From contig OZ024760.1 of NCBI GenBank assembly GCA_964016885.1, positions 11,408,001-11,472,000 of the forward strand: a stretch of DNA of 64,000 nt, given 5' to 3'. Origin of the DNA: Eledone cirrhosa (taxonomy: Eukaryota). The notes below the pieces were generated by a model. That model was not told the origin of the DNA. It saw only the letters and a list, made by a program, of their open reading frames with translations, and ran no database searches. Positions 56,149 to 64,000 of the stretch are shown one piece after another. A program made the position numbers and the translations under genes. The first letter of the stretch is position 1; every line of letters begins with the position of its first letter.

Positions 56149-56283
56149 GTGGATATATGTATATATATGAGTTTTCGGAACCTCAGTCCACAAAGAATCG
56201 AAATTTTTTTTCTCTTTTGCAAGTTCCACGCACTTTTGAAACTACTACTACCACCACTACTTCTACTACTACTACCACTACTA

Positions 56284-56380
<97 letters not shown>

Positions 56381-56739
56381 CACTACTACTACCACTACTA
56401 CTACCACCCTACTACTGCTACTGTTGCTATATCGAATATTAAAACAATGACATCATTCAGATTATGGTGATGGTGGTGGTGGTGACGACGACGATTATTA
56501 TGATGATGGCGATTGTGATAATGAAGATGATGATGTTGGTTAGCGTGATGATGACAATGGCGATTATCATGATGATGATAAGTATGATTTTGATAGTGAT
56601 GACGATGATGATGATGATAGTGATGATGATGATGATGATGGTGATGATGATGGTTGTGATGATGACGAAGATGAGGATATGCTAGTGAAGATTATTATGA
56701 TAATTATTAGAAAGATGATGATGATGAATTTGCTAATAA

Positions 56740-56893
56740 TAATAATTGTTTCTACTTTTGGCACAAGGCCAGCAATTACCCAGTGTATTACTGGTACTTT
56801 ATTTATCGACCCCGTAAGGGTGAAAGGCAAAGTTAACCTCGGCGGGATTTGAACTCAGACCGTAAAGGGACGTAACTATGCTGGAAAGCATGG
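56740..56893 (-). mobile_element. tRNA-derived SINE (Meta-domain-like family)
   Basis: Near identical to the 22786 and 57082 copies. Confidence 0.9.
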
Positions 56894-57081
56894 TTAATAA
56901 TAATAATAGCAATAATAATAATAATAATAATGATTTCTTATATAGGCAAAGGCCAGCAATTTTGAGGGAGGGGGTCGATTAAATCGACCCCAGTGCGTGA
57001 CTGGTACTTTATTTTATCGACCCCGTAATGATAAAAAAAATCATAAATTATAATAAAATTATAATAAAATAATAATAAAAT

Positions 57082-57266
57082 AATAATTGTTTCTATTTTG
57101 GCACAAGGCCAGCACTTACCCAGTGCATTACTGGTACTTTATTTTATCGACCCCGTAAGGATGAAAGGCAAAGTCAACCTCGGCGGGATTTGAACTCAGA
57201 CCGTAGAGGGACGTAACTATGCTGGAAAGCATGGCGTCCGACTCTCTACCGATACTGCCAATCCAC
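57082..57266 (-). mobile_element. tRNA-derived SINE (Meta-domain-like family), near full length; a partial copy also lies at ~56932-57030
   Basis: Box A/B and the central domain on the minus strand. Confidence 0.9.
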
Positions 57267-57289
57267 AGCAATAACAATAGCAGTAATAA

Positions 57290-57475
57290 CAATAATGACA
57301 GCAATAACGGCCACAAGAACAGCAATAACAGCAACAAGAACAGCAATAACAGCAACAAGAACAGCAATAACAGCAACAAGAACAGCAATAACAGCAACAA
57401 GAACAGCAATAACAGCAACAAGAACAGCAATAACAGCAACAAGAACAGCAATAACAACAGAAACAACAATAACAA
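57290..57475. repeat. 21-bp minisatellite AAGAACAGCAATAACAGCAAC
   Basis: Tandem repeats. Confidence 0.95.
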
Positions 57476-57952
57476 TATGTCTATTTTCTTCTGGTTAACT
57501 TTCCTTCATTTTCTCTAAGAATTTCAAAAGAAACCCACTTATTCCTGCCCCCCCCCCCCCCCCCCCCCCATTCTCTATAATTTCTGGTTTATTTTTCTCT
57601 CGCTCTTTGCGTTGCTTCCTCCTTCTGTATTTTACTGACAAATGAAAAGAAACTGGGAATTCTACACACATATTTCTTTAGTTCTCTTGTGCGTGTGTAT
57701 ATAGATAGATAGATGGATAGATAGATATATGTATAGATAGATATAGATATATATGATGTACATATATACATATATATACATATATGTATATATAAGTATG
57801 CGTATATATATAAATATAGCTACACACACATATATATATGTATGTATGTATGTATATATATATATATATATATAAATAAATATGTATGTATATATGTATG
57901 TATATATATAAATAAATATGTATGTATATATGTATGTATATATATAAATATG

Positions 57953-58017
<65 letters not shown>

Positions 58018-58890
58018 TTATTTATTCCTTTACATATTGTGCAGTCATTCTTTATATAGATAATTTGATGAAATTATAATTTTTTTTATTGTAAATTTGT
58101 AAATTTTCTTGTAAAACTTTGTCTCAGTTTTGTTTGCACCAATCACGAATATTTACATGTTGAAAAACTAAAGCGCATTAATCAAACTACAACAACAACA
58201 TCAGCAACACAAACCCTATCATATCCACTACCAACACCACCACCACTGCAACAACCACCACAAACCAGCTCGTACCATCTTTCATCTACAAGCAATACAC
58301 ACATGTATATATACATATATTCATATTTATTTATATATATATAGTGAGAGAGAGAGAGAGAGAGAAAGAGACAGAGAGAGAGAGAGAAAGAGACGAAGAG
58401 AGAGAGAGAAAGAAAGAGAGACGAGGAGAGAGAGAGAGAGACGAGGAGAGAAAGAAAGATAGGGCGTAGAGAGAGAGAGAAAACGTCCATCTTGTTCTCC
58501 CTAAAGAACATCAGTTTTTTTAACTCACAAATCTGACCCATTTGTATAGTTTTTGTTGTGTATTTGGCATCGTTTGTTGTTGTATTTGCTTGAGTTTTGT
58601 TTTTTAAAGTTCTGTTTCCTTGTATCAGCACATGCCTCAATAGAAATAGACCTTGACAAATTTTTCTCTAACAAACTTACCTGCATATTGTCTCCACCCA
58701 CACACCTTTAATACTCACTCACGTGTAAATATACTCAAATGTAAATTTTTTTATGTATACCTACATATACATACGTATATATATATATAGATATAGATAT
58801 ATATCTATATATCTATATATATATAGAGAGAGAGTAATATACTCAAATGTAAATTTTTTTATGTATACCTACATATACATACGTATATAG

Positions 58891-58929
<39 letters not shown>

Positions 58930-58968
58930 TGTGTGTATATAATATATATATATGTATGTATGTGTATA

Positions 58969-59009
<41 letters not shown>

Positions 59010-59355
59010 TTCTGCAATGTATATATATTAAAAAGGAAATTACACGAACAATGTGACATACTCAACACGATTGAAAGGTAAAGAGGTATTTATGCAAACA
59101 CGTACACACACAGACATATTCACACACAGACATATTCACATACATGCACGCACACACATAAAATATACATACATATATGTATAAACACACACACACACAC
59201 AGACACACACAGACACACACAGACACACACAGACACACACAGACACACACAGACACACACAGACACACACACAGACACAGATACACAGATACACAGATAC
59301 ACAGATACACAGATACACAGATACACAGATACACAGATACACACACACATACACA

Positions 59356-59396
<41 letters not shown>

Positions 59397-59474
59397 ACAC
59401 ACATACACACACACATACACACGCACACACACACACACGCACACATACACACACATACACACACACACACACAC

Positions 59475-59532
<58 letters not shown>

Positions 59533-59761
59533 ACACACACATACACACACACATACACACACACACACACACACATACACACACACACATATACATACAC
59601 ACATATACATACATACATACACACACACATACATACATACATACACACACACATACATACACACATACATACATACATACACACATACATACACACACAC
59701 ATACACACACACACACACACACACATACATACATACATACATACATACATACATACATACA

Positions 59762-59793
<32 letters not shown>

Positions 59794-60165
59794 ATTTTCG
59801 AGTTGGGAAAATATATTTATTCACATACTTGCGTTTTATATATAAATATATATATATATATATATACACACACACGTATATAGTCAATGTATGAGTTAAT
59901 ATATATGAAAGCAGTGTTTCTTCGTCCAAATATTTATTCTAGTGTTTTTATATTCTGTTGTGTAACTTTTATCAATGATGTAATACAACAGCTCCAAATG
60001 TTAATAGAGAATTATCAAACACCCACAGACACAAACACTGTCACAAATGCACATATTCATACATACCTACATACACTAACACACACACACACACATGTAT
60101 ATTTTATTATCATCACTGTTTTACGTCCATTCTTCCATGTTAGCATGGATATATATATATATATA

Positions 60166-60287
60166 TAGGAAAAAGTATGACCTCGACGGCAGAGCTCAAG
60201 CCGTTTGTATTTCCCACTCTACTACCCTAAGTATTGAGTACTCTGGTGCGTTATGGTCCATCTGGTTCCTTACCACAATTCCTTTGT

Positions 60288-60288
<1 letters not shown>
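60166..60288. mobile_element. Family A copy (inverted segment plus forward tail)
   Basis: GGAAAAAGTATGACCTCGACGGCAGAGCTCAAGCCGTTT joined to TTTCCCACTCTACTACCC... Confidence 0.75.
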
Positions 60289-60333
<45 letters not shown>

Positions 60334-60336
<3 letters not shown>

Positions 60337-60440
60337 GGTGTTCCCAAAAATGTATACACACTTTGATTACCTGTACAGGTGATATTTATTAGAATGCTGT
60401 TGAAGTGTTGAAGTCTGTATACATTTTTGGGGACACCCTG
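60334..60440. mobile_element. Tc1/mariner-type MITE (107 bp)
   Basis: 25-bp TIRs CAGGGTGTTCCCAAAAATGTATACA / TGTATACATTTTTGGGGACACCCTG (1 mismatch), flanked by TA on both sides. Confidence 0.9.
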
Positions 60441-60458
60441 TATGTTTATATATATATA

Positions 60459-60649
60459 TTTAATATAGAAATGGGTTCTACGGGACTAGAACTGTTTCAT
60501 TCAGGAGAAATCATCAGGAGGTTCCTGATGATTTCTCCTGAATGAAACATTTCTAGTCCCGTAGAAGCCAATTCTATATTAAATATTTTCACTCTGCTTT
60601 CTCTTGAGTACCTTACTTACTGTGGTTACACCCGATTGAACCCGGGATA

Positions 60650-60652
<3 letters not shown>
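60459..60652 (+). mobile_element. Fold-back repeat family B, copy 2
   Basis: Imperfect palindrome centred ~60520. CTGATGA-TTTC-TCCT-GAAT-GAAAC at 60525. Tail shared with 20900-21087. Confidence 0.7.
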
Positions 60653-60702
<50 letters not shown>

Positions 60703-60833
60703 TTATTTATATTTATATAAAGAATTCGAAGTTTAAAAGCCACGACCAAATATACATTTCTCTAAAAACAATTTTTGATTTTGTCCTACCCCACCTCTCA
60801 ATTATTCTATTTCTTCTTTACTTTCTTACCCTT

Positions 60834-60868
60834 TCTTCCGATGAAGGTCTCGCGTCCAAAACGTTAAG
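60834..60868 (+). ncRNA. Degenerate minimal hammerhead-like motif
   Basis: CTT-CCGATGA-AGG...CC-AAAACGTT-AAG; both core boxes carry substitutions (CCGA for CTGA, AAAA for GAAA). Confidence 0.3.
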
Positions 60869-61033
60869 ACCCTTTCCCTGCTATTTCAAAAGCTTCGACT
60901 TTACTAAGCTTCCACTTGTGTATATATATATATATATATTTAGTTCGGATGTAGCTGTCGATCGAAACGGCCGGAGCTCAGCCGTCGGGGTCCTGACTCT
61001 TTTCCTATATACATATTTATATTTTTATATTTA

Positions 61034-61069
<36 letters not shown>

Positions 61070-61678
61070 CGGGTGGGGCTGGGGGTAGGTGTAATGCATG
61101 TATGTGGTTAGAGATTTCAAAACAGTACGAGCGATATTGCATCATCGTGTGTTCGTGGATTTAGAATGCATGAACGATAAGTCTTGCTTCTCTAATACTA
61201 TCTTTGCACACACAATATGGCCGCCATCGACTTTATTGTGAGAGAAGCGTGTGTTTATATATATATATATATATATACTACTGACTGATACAAAAATGGA
61301 CGTGTTTAAAGCCCCATGTCACGTGAGACGCATGATTTGTCGTGAGTGTGTGTGTTTTTTTTCTTTCTACCATTGTTGCTGCTGTTGTTTTCATCGATGT
61401 TGCTGTAACTGACTTTATTTTGTTGTTGATGTTGTTGTTGTTGGTGTTATTGTTCTTTTTAGTGTAGTTGTAAATTTTGCTGTTGCTTTTGTCATAGTTG
61501 TTGTTGCAGCTGTTGTTGTTATAGCAGCTGTTGTTGTTGCAGTTGTTGTTGTTGGTGCAGTTGTTGCAGTTGTTGTTTATTATACATAACAATGGTGCAT
61601 GGTACCAAATATTCTTTCTAACTGTATCACGAACCAATAATAGACTCGAAGACCTGAAAGAATTATGTATGGATACGA

Positions 61679-61731
<53 letters not shown>

Positions 61732-62001
61732 CGTGTGTACATAAGTATATATATGTATATATATATGTTTATATATATATATATATTCATATATATGTGC
61801 GTGTGTACATAAGTATATATATGTATATATATATGTTTATATATATATATTCATATATATGTGCGTGTGTACATAAGTATATATATATATGTATATATAT
61901 GTTTATATATATATATTCATATATATGTGCGTGTGTTCATAAGTATATATAAGTATATATATGTCTATATGTTTATATATATATATTCATATATATGTGC
62001 G

Positions 62002-62033
<32 letters not shown>

Positions 62034-62519
62034 CTTATATATAGGAGCCGTTAAATGGTATTATCGTTTATTGTAATCGAAAAGTCTTCGTCCTGAAGTG
62101 ATAACAATAAGCGGCTTTACATGTAAGCAAGTTAACAATAACGGTGATAATGTTGAAAACGAGAGTAAAACCACGAGATAAAAACGAACGTTACGTAAAA
62201 AGATGAAAGAGCGAAAGGTCAAAATTGTAACTTTAGATATCTCAATGGAAAGGTCTCTCACCAGGCACCTAACATCCTCTCTCTTCATCTCTCGCTTATC
62301 TCCCCTTCGCTTCTCTCTCTATCTCTCTCTCTCTCTCTCTCTCTTACAGTCTATGTGAGTTTTATGTGCATTTATAATGTATCTGTATATATATGAATAC
62401 ACATATATATATATATATATATAAATATTATATATATATATTCAGGGATGTATGCAAATGTATATATTCTTACATATATATGTATATATATATAGATAGA
62501 TATATTATATTTTATATAT

Positions 62520-62576
<57 letters not shown>

Positions 62577-62648
62577 GGGGGATATATTTTTATATATACA
62601 TATATATATACACAACGTTTTTATCCCTCTACCTTGGAATATATATAC

Positions 62649-62696
<48 letters not shown>

Positions 62697-62829
62697 GGAG
62701 GTAAAGAAATTTCGTTTATTTCATCCAATAATAAGAACATTAGCGATACATAACGACATGAGGTATTTCTTTAGATACGAGTAAAGGACTGTTATACTAT
62801 TGTGGCCCCTACCGACATTGTTATTTATT

Positions 62830-62864
<35 letters not shown>

Positions 62865-63125
62865 TTATTTATAGGAGTGTGTCTATGGAGGTGCACACGT
62901 AGATGTTTGCATATATATACATATACACATATATATATGTATATATATATATAGTAATAATAATAAATTTAAAGACTAAAATCCAAAGAGGGCTCTATAA
63001 GTGTCGTAGAGCAAATTTGATTCTTTGCTTAAACTTTAATCTGTTATTTTAATAAATATATGTATATAAGTATAGAATAAGTAAAAGCGAAGTAGTTTCA
63101 GATGTTCAAGTCCTTTAATAATACT

Positions 63126-63199
63126 GCTGTGATATATATTTCAATGACGACACTGGCCACACTGTTCTGTGTGCGAGTGTCGTGACATCATCAGACAGC
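63126..63199 (-). ncRNA. Type-I hammerhead ribozyme
   Basis: Minus strand GCTGT-CTGATGA-TGTCACGACACT...AGTGTCGTCATT-GAAA-TATATA-T-C-ACAGC. 5-bp stem I, intact core, 8-bp helix within stem II (U.U at its base), palindromic stem III, AUC triplet. Confidence 0.78.
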
Positions 63200-63634
63200 T
63201 TGTTACATAATAAGGTTATGTTTCCGAGGCAATCCAAGTTGAATCGACATGGGAACGGACGAAGTGTGTGCTTTTGGGTTCTTCATCCGTTCCCCTGTGA
63301 GTACCAATTCACCCCCACCGGTATGCGCAGGCGCATGTCCGAAGGAAGTTGACCATTAGCTACCGCAGATTTCAACGAAATTCCGCTTAGTCAGTTCACG
63401 CTCTCAGCCAAACAATGACTCATTTAGGCCTGTACCATAGTTTACTGCTACCCGTCCCGTCTGTGGCAGTCAGCCGAAAGCCAGAGGGGATGGGAGAGTG
63501 TTAGTTTTTAAAGGTTACAATACTACCTCTCACCAAGCATGGACGGTACGACTGACCATCAACTCCCAAGAGAAAATATACTTAATTCTAGGTATCATGG
63601 TTTTACATTGGAAGTTATGAGTGAGAGTTGGAAG

Positions 63635-63669
<35 letters not shown>

Positions 63670-63674
63670 GGGCA

Positions 63675-63801
63675 CCCACTGATGAATTATAGGAGCCCAC
63701 TTGAATATATATCTATTGATGGTATACAAGCTCCTACATAAATTGGTATAATTTCACCCAAATTGTAGGAATCCTATAATGAAACGAGACGTCCGTCTGG
63801 G
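63675..63801 (+). ncRNA. Type-I hammerhead ribozyme with a large branched stem II
   Basis: CCCA-CTGATGA-ATTATAGGA[77 nt incl. TCCTACA/TGTAGGA hairpin]TCCTATAAT-GAAA-CGAGACGTCCG-T-C-TGGG. Perfect 9-bp stem II, 4-bp stem I, near-palindromic stem III, GUC triplet. Confidence 0.85.
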
Positions 63802-64000
63802 AAGAGATATATTAGATATGTCTCATATGAAATAATACAGCCAATTTTCCACGCAATACTTTTAGTTAGCACCCCGAACGCATAATTAGGATTATAATCA
63901 CTTATTTACTAATGTTTGTTGAGTGAGTTGGAATTTGGCCGGAGTATCGCTAAAAAGCTTTCTCCGATATTGTATTTATTATATATATATATATTTATAT

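Overview
Eukaryotic, extremely microsatellite-rich genomic DNA. The SINE/LINE content and repeat style suggest an octopod cephalopod (inference). The only recognisable host coding sequence is one + strand exon for the N-terminus of an SCY1-like protein 2 (SCYL2/bma-type) pseudokinase (ATG 9210, GT donor at 9360). No following exon was recognised, so the remaining ~54 kb is probably one giant intron. In frame upstream of that ATG lies an AUG-less, stop-free frame (7755-9209) with seven RRLS(Q)SQL motifs that differ almost only at synonymous sites, which points to a translated N-terminal extension. The putative intron holds tRNA-derived SINEs, three L1/Tx1-type LINE pieces, RTE and RLE LINE fragments, a Tc1/mariner MITE and many satellites, two of them visibly derived from TEs. 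It also has a notable density of type-I hammerhead ribozyme motifs: four complete folds (37664+, 39618-, 63126-, 63675+), several degenerate ones, and families of (TA)n-embedded fold-back repeats truncated inside a hammerhead, consistent with Penelope-like element pLTR remnants. Nearly all ORFs in the supplied track are microsatellite artefacts. All folds and alignments were done by eye; element boundaries and copy counts are approximate.
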